A DNA stretch of 64,000 nucleotides from the NCBI GenBank assembly GCA_046756565.1, contig JBHHWO010000002.1, positions 1,141 through 65,140 of the forward strand, in the 5' to 3' direction. The position numbers and the translations under genes were made by a program. The stretch is from Thermoanaerobaculia bacterium (lineage in GTDB: Bacteria > Acidobacteriota > Thermoanaerobaculia > Multivoradales > JAHEKO01). The notes beneath the pieces are model-generated. The model had not been told where the DNA came from and searched no databases. It was given only the letters and a program-made list of their open reading frames with translations. Position 1 is the stretch's first letter; each line of letters opens with the position of its first letter. Of this stretch, positions 21,475-29,859 are shown piece after piece.

Positions 21475-23619
21475 TCAGGGCATCAAGGTGGGGTCGATGA
21501 TCACCGAGAGCTTCGCCCCCTGATGAAAGGAAAGTCCGCCGTCGAGGCGTACCGATACACCGGCCCGCAGAGTCAGATTGCCGGTGCCTTCGACAACAAC
21601 CCCTGGGCCCACCGAGACCAGTTCGCAGGCCGCGAACTCTCGAGCGGTTGCCACGGTCTCGTTGGAGATCTGAAGAACGGCGACGCTCACAAGGCCGTCG
21701 CCATCGTTGCAGTCGTGGGAAAAACAGACACCATCGGCATCGCTGTCAAGCGTGGCGTTGTTGCCCGTACAAGGGTCACAGTCGTCGGGCACGCCGTCGC
21801 CGTCGGCGTCGAAGGTGTCGTTGAATCCAGGACACATGTCGCAGGGGTCGGGCACACCGTCGCCGTCGGCGTCGTTACCCGAGCAGACATCACAGCCGTC
21901 GGGAATGCCGTCACCGTCGATGTCCAACGTATCGTCGAAACCTAGGCAGATGTCGCAGGTGTCGGGTACGCCGTCGCGGTCGGCGTCGAGTGCGTCGTTG
22001 AAACCGGGGCAACGGTCGCAGGCGTCGGGCGCGCCGTCTCCGTCGGCGTCGAAGGCGTCATCGAATCCGGGGCACAGGTCGCAGCCGTCGGGTACGCCAT
22101 CTCCGTCTGTCTCCGCCGTGTCGTTCCATCCGGCGCAGATGTCGCAACCGTCAGGTACGCCATCACCGTCGGTGTCGACCGCGTCGTTCGCTCCGGCGCA
22201 GATGTCGCAGGCATCGGGTAGGCCGTCGGCGTCTGCGTCCAGGGTGTCGTCGAACCCCGGACAGACGTCGACGGCATCCGGCACCCCGTCGTTGTCACCG
22301 TCAGGACTGGGCGCTACGATCACGGCGTCGAAGCCCTCGAGCGCGAAGGCACCCATCAGGCCGGCTATGCGTATGACCCCGCTGCCCGCCGCCGGCAGGG
22401 TGGATGCGAGCTGAGTGCCGTCGAAAGCTACGTGGACGTCGGGTGTCTGGTCGCCATCGGCATCTCCGAGCACCGCGGATCCCGCGATAGGCGCGACACT
22501 ATTGGCGGTGAGGGAGCCGAGGTCGATGAGCGCGAGATCGTAGCCGGGTAGTTCGAGCGTAGCCGACACCTCCGCGTGCACCAGCGGGTCGAAGACCTGC
22601 GGCTCGACCTCGACTTCGAGCTGGACGACGGTCTCCGGGTCGACGTAGCTGTCGAGGCCGTACATCTCGATGCGGGCGGTGGTGTTGGCGGTCGTCACCA
22701 GGCGCCCCGAGGGATCGATCAGAACGTCAGTGGGAGTGGCGAGCTGGCCCGGTCCCACGCCGACGTCGTTCACGTCGCCGATCGTCACTACCGTCGCCCC
22801 CAGGCGGTCGATGACGTGGACCCAACCTTCGAAGGCGTCGGACACGAAGATCCGGCCGAGAGCGTCGGCCCAAATGCCCTGCGGCATGTTGAAGCGGCCG
22901 CTGCCCGAACCTTTTTCCCCCAGGCAGGCGACGAAGGCGCCGGCGCGGTCGAAGATCTGGATCCGGCCGTTCAGCTGGTCGGTGACCAGCACCTCGTCGG
23001 CGACGGTGTCGATGTGGATTCCAGCGGGAAACTGAAACTGCCCGTCGCCCGTGCCGCGCGCGCCGAAACCGAAGCGCTTGACGCCAGCGACGTCGTACAC
23101 CTCGACCCGGTTGGCAATGCTGTCGACCACCCAGACATCGCCGGTCGCCGGGTCGACGGCGGCGTCGCCCGGCAGGCCGAACTCGCCGGCGCCTTGGCCC
23201 AGGTCGAAGAGTGCCTGCCAGTCCGAGGTGTAGGCCGTGACACGGCCGTCGACTCCGTCCCCAACGTAGATTCGGTCGCCGGCGGCCGTTACAGCGACAC
23301 TCACCGGCTGGCCCAGGCCTTCGCCCACGGTCAGGAGCCTGCCGTCGGCGGCGCGCACCGCGACCTTGGCGCCTACTGCATCGGCGATATAGATGCGCCC
23401 GAGAGTGTCGACGGCGAGCCGCGTAGGAGTCTGGAACGAAGCGCGGTAGCCGCGCAACCACTCCACTGTGGGCGCCGGTAGCGCCGAGGTCCCGCCGCTC
23501 GAACAGACCGTCGCCATCGCAACCGTCGCCACCGGTCCGAACATGCCAAGCAGCAAGAGCAGCCAGATCCGTAGCGGCGGCACCGGTCGGCCGACAGCTC
23601 GAGTGTCGCTCTCACTCAT
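21475..23619 (-). CDS. NHL-repeat beta-propeller protein with thrombospondin type-3-like Ca-binding repeats
   Basis: ATG at 23619 (the track gives TTG 23658). Signal/lipobox VAMATVCSS. NHL blades (IYIADAVGAKVAV, VWVVDSIANRVEVYD, VLVTDQLNGRIQIFD, IFVSDAFEGWVHVID). Then 8-9 units of C-x-G-x-D-D-x-x-D-x-DGDGVPDxCD. Confidence 0.85.
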   Translation of the reverse strand: MSESDTRAVGRPVPPLRIWLLLLLGMFGPVATVAMATVCSSGGTSALPAPTVEWLRGYRASFQTPTRLAVDTLGRIYIADAVGAKVAVRAADGRLLTVGEGLGQPVSVAVTAAGDRIYVGDGVDGRVTAYTSDWQALFDLGQGAGEFGLPGDAAVDPATGDVWVVDSIANRVEVYDVAGVKRFGFGARGTGDGQFQFPAGIHIDTVADEVLVTDQLNGRIQIFDRAGAFVACLGEKGSGSGRFNMPQGIWADALGRIFVSDAFEGWVHVIDRLGATVVTIGDVNDVGVGPGQLATPTDVLIDPSGRLVTTANTTARIEMYGLDSYVDPETVVQLEVEVEPQVFDPLVHAEVSATLELPGYDLALIDLGSLTANSVAPIAGSAVLGDADGDQTPDVHVAFDGTQLASTLPAAGSGVIRIAGLMGAFALEGFDAVIVAPSPDGDNDGVPDAVDVCPGFDDTLDADADGLPDACDICAGANDAVDTDGDGVPDGCDICAGWNDTAETDGDGVPDGCDLCPGFDDAFDADGDGAPDACDRCPGFNDALDADRDGVPDTCDICLGFDDTLDIDGDGIPDGCDVCSGNDADGDGVPDPCDMCPGFNDTFDADGDGVPDDCDPCTGNNATLDSDADGVCFSHDCNDGDGLVSVAVLQISNETVATAREFAACELVSVGPGVVVEGTGNLTLRAGVSVRLDGGLSFHQGAKLSVIIDPTLMP
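21694..22305 (-). repeat. In-frame tandem ~63-bp (21-aa) TSP3-like repeats inside the NHL gene
   Basis: Protein residues ~452-655: CPGFDDTLDADADGLPDACDI / CAGANDAVDTDGDGVPDGCDI / CAGWNDTAETDGDGVPDGCDL and so on. The DNA shows the recurring gtcgggcacgccgtc[gc]ccgtcggcgtc. Confidence 0.85.
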
Positions 23620-23654
23620 CTGCAAGCTCCGGAATGAGTGGCAACCGTCACGTA

Positions 23655-26339
23655 TCAAGGCCTCTCAATTCGCTTTTCAAGGCCGAAACGGCACATCCCG
23701 TGCGCGTTCTCTTCGAGAATCTTCCACTCGCTTCCCTCCCGAACGAGCTCGAGCGTCTTGTCGACGGAGTCCGAGCAGAGACTGGAGCGATAGGCCTGGC
23801 AAAACGAGACGCGAACCCGGTCGCGGCTCGATTCGGTGATCGATAACGACTCGATATCGACTTCGATCCAGGCTGGAGCCAACAATCGTTGCCGACGAAG
23901 CCTTTGCCAAGCGTCGCGCTTCGCGCCACTCGCGGGTCGGAACTCGGCCGAATAGGAGGACAGGTAACGGTCGACGTCTCCGGCCGCCCACGCGGCGGCC
24001 CAGCCCTCTACGACCGATCGGATGGCCCTTTCCTCCTGGCTTCGATCCGGTACTGTCGTCTGTTCCCTCTTTCCATCCCGAGGTGCTTCCACTTGCCCGG
24101 AAGTCGACTCGGCAGGTTGCGTTGGCGCCTGCGTCTCCGGCTCGCCTGAACCGGATGGCTCGGCCGGGTTCTGCTCACCCCGGCCCGCTGCGTGCTCGGC
24201 AAGATCGAAAAGACCGGAAGTCTCGGTGATGCCCGGCTCATCCTGCTCCCAGGCGGCTTCCGCTCCGTAGGGATACGGCTCCATGCCGGGCAAGTCCTCC
24301 GGCCAGGGCTCGTACTCTGGAGCTCTCCTGCGGGCGGGTAACGTGCCTGGAAAGAACCGACGTGAAAATCTCAGAGAGCCGGTGACGCCCTCGACCGTTT
24401 GAAAGCCCCGCTCGCGTTGCCAGTGCTCGGCCGATGCGATCAGCTGCACCTTGCCCAGTCTCCATCTGGCGCTGAATCCGAAACGCTCGAATGCCTGGTC
24501 TGCCGCCAGGCTATCGACGACCTCCCGGTGACTGGCATAGGACTCGAGCTTCAGCGATGGCACGGGTTCCCACTGCGCGCTCACTCTGCCCTCCATGACT
24601 TCCGTCTCTCGCACCGGCCTCTTGAATCGAGTATCCATCCAAACGAGATTCGCCCGGATCGTCCACCTGGAACTCGGGATGTAGGTGAGGCCGTCGGCGA
24701 GCCGGAGCGATTCGAATGCGAGGAGACTGGAGTCGCGAGTTCGGAGTTCGTTGAACGAGCTGAGTTTGATCCGTTGTCCGTCCCGGCGGAGTCTGAAGCC
24801 GGCGTACTTGTCCCTACGATCGTCAAGCAGAGAATCCGTTTGGCCGGCCAGAAGGTCGTCGCTGAAGCTCCGGAAGCCGAAGAAGCCCGTAATCCAGGAG
24901 TAGTCGACGGAAACGTCCAACTCGGTGCGGCGCGAGTCGAACCGGCTCTCGTCGGGAACTCGTATTCGATACTCGACCAGAATCGACTGACCGTCGGCGA
25001 TTCTTCCGCCGGGCAGAGGCAAGATCTCGGCGAACTCTCCAACGAAGTGGATCTCGTAGTCGGTTCCCTCCTCGAAGATCGTGCTTCCGAGTTCGTCGGT
25101 TACGACCACCGTTCCGGGAATCACCGCCGGCTGATCGAGCCGCGACGGAACTCCGAATCGAAGCCGCTGTTGCTCTCGGGAGATCAAGAGCTCGCCATCG
25201 CCGTCCAGGCTGTCGCGCCGGTCGTAAGTGCTACCGAGGCGACCGGTGAGCTTGCCCCGTCCGGGCAGCCTCTTTCTGTAGTCGAACTGGAGCCTGGCCT
25301 GGTCTTGACTGCTGCGGCCCGCGTCCGAGGTGAGATCCGATCTGGTGAAGCGAAGGTCGGTGTCGAGGCTCTCCCAGAGGCGGTGGTTAAGCCATGCGCT
25401 GAGCCTCTGAGAGTCGGTGGCTCGACCAGAGAAGGTTTCCTGATTCCTGTATTCGTAGCGCAGGCCGCTTTCGAGGGTGTCCCTGTGGCGCAGGCGGAGG
25501 TCTTCGTCGATCGAGAATGAAGACGAAGTCAGCTCCCCGGACCTGTCGAAGTAGCGTACCGTGGATCGCAGGGTCGCCAGCCGGGGCTCGAGCAGCTCGA
25601 TTGTGTGATTCAGGCTCGCGGTCTGAGTCTGATTGCTGAAGCGGGGTGATAGCTCGTCCTCGACATCCTCGATCTGAAGAAAAAGATAGGCCTCGTTGCG
25701 CCGCCACCGGTTCTCGGCCTGGTAGCTCAACGTCTCCTTTTTCTGGTCGAACGCTCGTATTTGCCGATCGAAATCGGAGATCGACTCGAGAGTGTTGTTC
25801 CGATAGCTCAACCGCGCCGGGAAGAACCTAGGTCCCACCTGAAATGCGAGACCGAGGCTGGAGGTGTCGAGCCTCTGGCTGCCGGCGAATTCGACCGGGG
25901 TTACGGTCTCAGCCTGGTTCGCGAACAGAGTGAATCCGTAGGCCTTGTCGGGCATGAAGGTCGCGTTCAGATCGTAGCCACGAACCTTGCCCTCGCCCGA
26001 TGCTTCCTGGTCGAGTCCGGAGGTGGTACTGCTCCGTAGAAAACCGAGGGTCAGGCCGAAGTTGACGGTCAGGAAGCGGCGGCTGACGAAGATGGCGGTG
26101 TTTCTGAACCCGAATCTCTGCTCGGTCTGGTTGCGCTCCACTAGAGGCCTGCTACCTGCACTCGAGAACAGATTCTGCTCCTGATGGTCGAATCCCAGTT
26201 CCGCGAAGCCCGTCCAGCGCCCAAGCCGGAATCCGCGGACCGTGGCCTGGGCCGGCGCGACGGCGCCAGCCCAGAGCGCGACAGCGAGGACCGCCGCCGT
26301 CACTCTGTGGTCGCCGGCCGCGGATTCAGTTGGCCACAT
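23655..26339 (-). CDS. Large outer-membrane beta-barrel-like protein with C-terminal linker and NTF2/SnoaL-like domain
   Basis: ATG at 26339 gives signal peptide VTAAVLAVALWAGAVAPAQA. About 650 aa of alternating-polarity strands end in GSLRFSRRFF (OM beta-signal-like). Then a ~105-aa P/E/Q-rich linker and ~124 aa ERAIRSVVEGWAAAWAAGDVDRYLSSY...WKILEE (NTF2-like). Confidence 0.65.
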   Translation of the reverse strand: MWPTESAAGDHRVTAAVLAVALWAGAVAPAQATVRGFRLGRWTGFAELGFDHQEQNLFSSAGSRPLVERNQTEQRFGFRNTAIFVSRRFLTVNFGLTLGFLRSSTTSGLDQEASGEGKVRGYDLNATFMPDKAYGFTLFANQAETVTPVEFAGSQRLDTSSLGLAFQVGPRFFPARLSYRNNTLESISDFDRQIRAFDQKKETLSYQAENRWRRNEAYLFLQIEDVEDELSPRFSNQTQTASLNHTIELLEPRLATLRSTVRYFDRSGELTSSSFSIDEDLRLRHRDTLESGLRYEYRNQETFSGRATDSQRLSAWLNHRLWESLDTDLRFTRSDLTSDAGRSSQDQARLQFDYRKRLPGRGKLTGRLGSTYDRRDSLDGDGELLISREQQRLRFGVPSRLDQPAVIPGTVVVTDELGSTIFEEGTDYEIHFVGEFAEILPLPGGRIADGQSILVEYRIRVPDESRFDSRRTELDVSVDYSWITGFFGFRSFSDDLLAGQTDSLLDDRRDKYAGFRLRRDGQRIKLSSFNELRTRDSSLLAFESLRLADGLTYIPSSRWTIRANLVWMDTRFKRPVRETEVMEGRVSAQWEPVPSLKLESYASHREVVDSLAADQAFERFGFSARWRLGKVQLIASAEHWQRERGFQTVEGVTGSLRFSRRFFPGTLPARRRAPEYEPWPEDLPGMEPYPYGAEAAWEQDEPGITETSGLFDLAEHAAGRGEQNPAEPSGSGEPETQAPTQPAESTSGQVEAPRDGKREQTTVPDRSQEERAIRSVVEGWAAAWAAGDVDRYLSSYSAEFRPASGAKRDAWQRLRRQRLLAPAWIEVDIESLSITESSRDRVRVSFCQAYRSSLCSDSVDKTLELVREGSEWKILEENAHGMCRFGLEKRIERP

Positions 26340-28155
26340 GGCAGCGAACACAGGTAGTGAATCCGATTTCCCACGCGATCCGGCCGTTGTGGCAGGTCGC
26401 GCAGAACTCACCCCGCCGCATGGCGGTCATGGTGATCGGGTTGGCTCCGGCTTTCATTTCGAACACACTCGGGTGGCACGAGGCGCACTTGAATCGGATG
26501 CGATGAAACCAGTGAGGAAACGTCGCCGGCGGAGTGTCCTTGCCGGCCAGCAGAAACAGCTCGTCGACCCCCGCTAGCTCGTCAGGACTCAAGCCTTCGA
26601 TGTTGTTCAAGGCAATCTGGGCTTCGGCAGCCAGCTCTGCCTCCGAGAGTTCCCTACGCTCGAAGTGGATGTCACCTTTGACCGCGAACGGTGACGGCTC
26701 CTCCTCGGCGAACGACAGTATGAATGCCGCTAACTGCCAAGCTTGTTCCGGTTGGAGAAACTGACCGAAGCCAGGCATAGGCGTGCCCGGGAAGCCGGTC
26801 ATGACGACTCGGTACATATCCCTGATACCGGAGCCGGACTTCGGCGGCCTCCCAGCCGCGAAGTTGTACGGCAAGATCGGATCGCCCCACTCGTCTTTCA
26901 GCGTTTCAGCCGAGGCGCCATCGGCCCGGCCCGTGTCGCCGTGGCACGCTTGGCAGCCGGCCTGTCTGTAGAAGGCTCGGCCCTGCTCGACCAATTCCGC
27001 CGTGACCTCGGGGGTCTCTGGGATGGTGATCGGTTCGTCCGGCTCTTCATTGGCGAACCGTGGAGAGAAGGACTTGACGAAGTGCGTCAATGCCCAGCGA
27101 TCCTCGGTTGACAGGGCGATCCAGCTGGGCATCGACGAGCCCGGGACACCACGAGTGATCGTCCGAAAGATGTCGTAGTCCGTCGGCAGGGAAGCTCCGA
27201 TTGTCGAGCGGAACTTGTACTTGCCGGCCGTGAAGTCGCGCGGCTTGGGATCCACCCACGGCGCCATCCGGCCCTGGCCGTCACCGGCGTCTCCATGACA
27301 GAGAGCGCAGTAGCGCTGGTATGCCTGCTGGCCCCGTTTGATCAGCTCGTCAGAAGCAACCAGTGGGCTGTCCAAAGCGCGAGCCAGCTCGGCATCGACA
27401 GTCTCGTCGCTCGCCGGCATGAGACTCGAGTGACAACGCGCACAGCTCAACTCCGGATCGTAGGACACTCGCCCGTGGCACTTGCCGCAGCCCTCCCCGG
27501 CGAGAATCCGGTCCATCGGCTTGCGCAGCGTCGCGGCGCCGGGATGGCAGCTCGAGCAAGTCAGCCAGAGCGTATGCGAGGCATGTGGGAAGTCCACCGT
27601 GAAGAACGGATCTGACTCGGGCACCAGCTCGAGGTCGAGATCGAGAACCGGACGATCGGGGAATCCGGCCGCCACCGTGGCAAACGTCTCCAGCCGAAAA
27701 GGCGGCTCGAAGGGAGTGGCCTGTGGTTCGGGAAGGGCTCGCGGTTCGATCAATCCATCTTTGATTGCCTGAACCCAGTCGACACCGCCGGCGTAGTCGG
27801 TGGGAAGCTGGGTCAGAGCCTCCTGCCACGTCGTGACATTCTCGAGCGGCGCCTTGACGGCGAGCTCGAGTCCCTCGATTACGGCCTGATCGAGCGGTAC
27901 GACAGGCGGCGAGTTTCGAGCTCGCCGAGCCCGCGCGGAATCGTCGCCGGTCGCGGGCGTCGGAGGCGGCGGGACGTTGGGACCAGGCTCGAGGAGGGAC
28001 TCTTCGACCCTCTCTTCGGTTGGCTCGGGGAGCCCATCGAAGAAAACCGAAAGCACTTTATGCCTGCTCGTCGTGGAGCAGGCATAGACCGCGGTCAGGC
28101 AAACGAGCGACGCCAAAACCGGTGCAGTTCGGAGTCGCCCTGGTGGTGCTCTCAC
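26326..28155 (-). CDS. Octahaem lipoprotein cytochrome c: c7-type trihaem + two class-I-like monohaem domains + c7-type trihaem
   Basis: Lipobox-like LTAVYAC. CSSCH, CGKCH, CARCH (first c7-like, FPHASHTLWLTCSSCHP). CALCHGD and CQACHGD (class I-like with downstream Met). CASCH, CATCH, CVRCH (second c7-like, FPHWFHRIRFKCASCHP). Confidence 0.85.
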   Translation of the reverse strand: MRAPPGRLRTAPVLASLVCLTAVYACSTTSRHKVLSVFFDGLPEPTEERVEESLLEPGPNVPPPPTPATGDDSARARRARNSPPVVPLDQAVIEGLELAVKAPLENVTTWQEALTQLPTDYAGGVDWVQAIKDGLIEPRALPEPQATPFEPPFRLETFATVAAGFPDRPVLDLDLELVPESDPFFTVDFPHASHTLWLTCSSCHPGAATLRKPMDRILAGEGCGKCHGRVSYDPELSCARCHSSLMPASDETVDAELARALDSPLVASDELIKRGQQAYQRYCALCHGDAGDGQGRMAPWVDPKPRDFTAGKYKFRSTIGASLPTDYDIFRTITRGVPGSSMPSWIALSTEDRWALTHFVKSFSPRFANEEPDEPITIPETPEVTAELVEQGRAFYRQAGCQACHGDTGRADGASAETLKDEWGDPILPYNFAAGRPPKSGSGIRDMYRVVMTGFPGTPMPGFGQFLQPEQAWQLAAFILSFAEEEPSPFAVKGDIHFERRELSEAELAAEAQIALNNIEGLSPDELAGVDELFLLAGKDTPPATFPHWFHRIRFKCASCHPSVFEMKAGANPITMTAMRRGEFCATCHNGRIAWEIGFTTCVRCHVAN

Positions 28156-28191
28156 ATTGCCGCCTTCCGGCCGGAGGTCAGGGTCGGGGCT

Positions 28192-28899
28192 CTATTCTCC
28201 AGTGAACTCGAAGCTGACTTGGGTTTCTCCGCTGTCGGCCACGGTGATCTCCCGCGTCTGCTCACCCAACTTCTCGTGCCAAAGCGAGAGCTGGTGATTC
28301 CCGGCGGGAACATCGGCCAAGGTAAAGCTTCCTGTTTCGTCGGTGACCGCCGTATAGCGACTATCGGTCACCAGAATCCACGCGGTCATCCATCCGTGCA
28401 CGTCGCACTTGACTTTGATCACCTCGGACTCGTCGAAGGTCAACTGCAGAGTCTGCACGAAGCCCGGCTGGGCCAGGTTCATCGGCGGGTTCTCGTCTGA
28501 GTAGGTGTGCACGTTGTGAAGGATGCCGTCGCTGTTGATCACCGCCATCTCCTCGCCGGGACGCGCGATCACCACCCGAGGCTCAAACGTGCAGCCATTC
28601 TGGTCGAGCTTCGGCTGCTCCGAGCTCTCGGTTGCACCCCGGGCGCTCGAGACCTGGACCACCGCCCACTGCAGCCCCTGGTCTTCACTGACGACGAGCT
28701 CGGGATCGACCTGCTCGGTGCCACAGACCGAAGTGTCCTGTGCCACCGCAACAGGTTCTGCGGCGGGCACGGTCCCGTTGAACTTGACCGTGCCTACAAC
28801 GGTACCAGCCGACAGGGTTGTCGACAGCGTGGACGTCAGAATCAGGATGGCCAGGACGGCGAGAGCTGATCTTGTCGAGTGGATGGGTCTTACTTGCAT
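28192..28899 (-). CDS. Secreted cupredoxin-like protein with C-terminal CarboxypepD_reg-like beta-sandwich
   Basis: Signal peptide. Type-1 Cu-like ligand pattern INSDGILHNVH ... KCDVHGWM (H...C-x2-H-x2-M, amicyanin-like spacing). C-terminal TDETGSFTLADVPAGNHQLSLWHEKLG. RBS AAGGAG 8 nt upstream. Confidence 0.7.
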   Translation of the reverse strand: MQVRPIHSTRSALAVLAILILTSTLSTTLSAGTVVGTVKFNGTVPAAEPVAVAQDTSVCGTEQVDPELVVSEDQGLQWAVVQVSSARGATESSEQPKLDQNGCTFEPRVVIARPGEEMAVINSDGILHNVHTYSDENPPMNLAQPGFVQTLQLTFDESEVIKVKCDVHGWMTAWILVTDSRYTAVTDETGSFTLADVPAGNHQLSLWHEKLGEQTREITVADSGETQVSFEFTGE

Positions 28900-29012
28900 G
28901 AGAGTTTTCTCCTTCTTTGAGTTCAGGAAGAGGCAAAACCGGCGCTCCGGTCTTGCCTCCTCTGGGGGTCGATCTGAGTTTCAGTAACGCGGTTGAGGGA
29001 CAGCTGTCCGCC

Positions 29013-29822
29013 CTAGCCGCGGTCGTGGCACTTCTGGCAGATGTACGACGCTCCAGGACCGGTTCCCGAGCCACCGAGGGTTCCGCGCAGCAGCGGCTGG
29101 TCGTGAACCAGGCCACGTTCGTTGTGGACACCGTGGCACGAGGTGCATTCGATTCCTGTGCTGCCCGCCACGGCACCGGCGGAGATGTTGCCGGCGTTGT
29201 CGTTGAAGAGGCGGATACCGAGAGAGGTCGGGTCCGGATTGAAGTCGGCTGTGAACGTATTGGCGCCGGTAGTCACGCCGTTGTAAGTGTTGGTCGTCGT
29301 CTGCTGGAAGGGATAGGGGAACGCGACCGGGTGGTTGCCGCTCATATTGCCGGTGGTCGGATCGGCGATGTTGAAGACGTCGACGTCGTGTGTGGTTGGA
29401 TCCAAGGCCGCGGCCCCTGTCCATGCCTGCTTGTTGAACCAGGCGATGTCACCGATCGCCACCGAACCGTCGTGACAGCTCAGACAGAGCTTGGTCGGGC
29501 CCTTCCAGGTGGTGTCGATAGTGGGGTAGGGAGTGCCGCCGGCCGTCACCGCACCCGCGTCCCAGGAGTAGGTGTTAGACGAAAGTGTGTGGTTCCACAA
29601 GAGGCTCTGCTGCTGAGCCCTGTGGGGTGTATGGCAGAAAGTGCAGCCGCCGGTGGTCGCGGTCGGGTTGCCCGTGTTGCCCGCTGCGATTCCGGAGAAA
29701 TCGTGCGGGCTGTTCGTGAAGCCGGATCCTGGTGTGTAGCTCTGCGCCCAGGCCGCTCCCGAGAAGAGCAGCAGCACGGTGACGAGCGTCGTGAGTGCCA
29801 ACCTGGAGTTTGTTCCTCTCAT
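29013..29822 (-). CDS. Secreted tetrahaem cytochrome c (paired-CxxCH type)
   Basis: Internal ATG at 29822 after GGGAGGA. Signal peptide LALTTLVTVLLLFSGAAWAQ. SPHDFS...CTFCHTPH, CLSCHDG, CTSCHGVH, CQKCHDRG. Confidence 0.85.
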   Translation of the reverse strand: MRGTNSRLALTTLVTVLLLFSGAAWAQSYTPGSGFTNSPHDFSGIAAGNTGNPTATTGGCTFCHTPHRAQQQSLLWNHTLSSNTYSWDAGAVTAGGTPYPTIDTTWKGPTKLCLSCHDGSVAIGDIAWFNKQAWTGAAALDPTTHDVDVFNIADPTTGNMSGNHPVAFPYPFQQTTTNTYNGVTTGANTFTADFNPDPTSLGIRLFNDNAGNISAGAVAGSTGIECTSCHGVHNERGLVHDQPLLRGTLGGSGTGPGASYICQKCHDRG

Positions 29823-29859
29823 TCCTGTCCTCCCATAGAAAGGTTGTAGAGATCGATTG

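Noticed and set aside
19767-21500. 577-aa ORF on the plus strand across the 14-haem gene
   Set aside because: Shadow ORF. The minus-strand product has a signal peptide and 14 regularly placed haem motifs. The plus-strand product is low-complexity (R/G/A/V).
21694-22305. Regular ~63-bp periodicity that could be mistaken for a CRISPR array
   Set aside because: The repeats are contiguous with no unique spacers, are in frame, and encode Cys/Asp-rich TSP3-like units within a long ORF. No cas genes are present.
28931-28958. Possible third sigma-54 promoter (GGAGCG...TTTTGC on the minus strand) upstream of cupredoxin-1
   Set aside because: The GG-to-GC spacing is 12 nt, not 10, and the -24 box is poor. 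The sequence is better explained as a hairpin.
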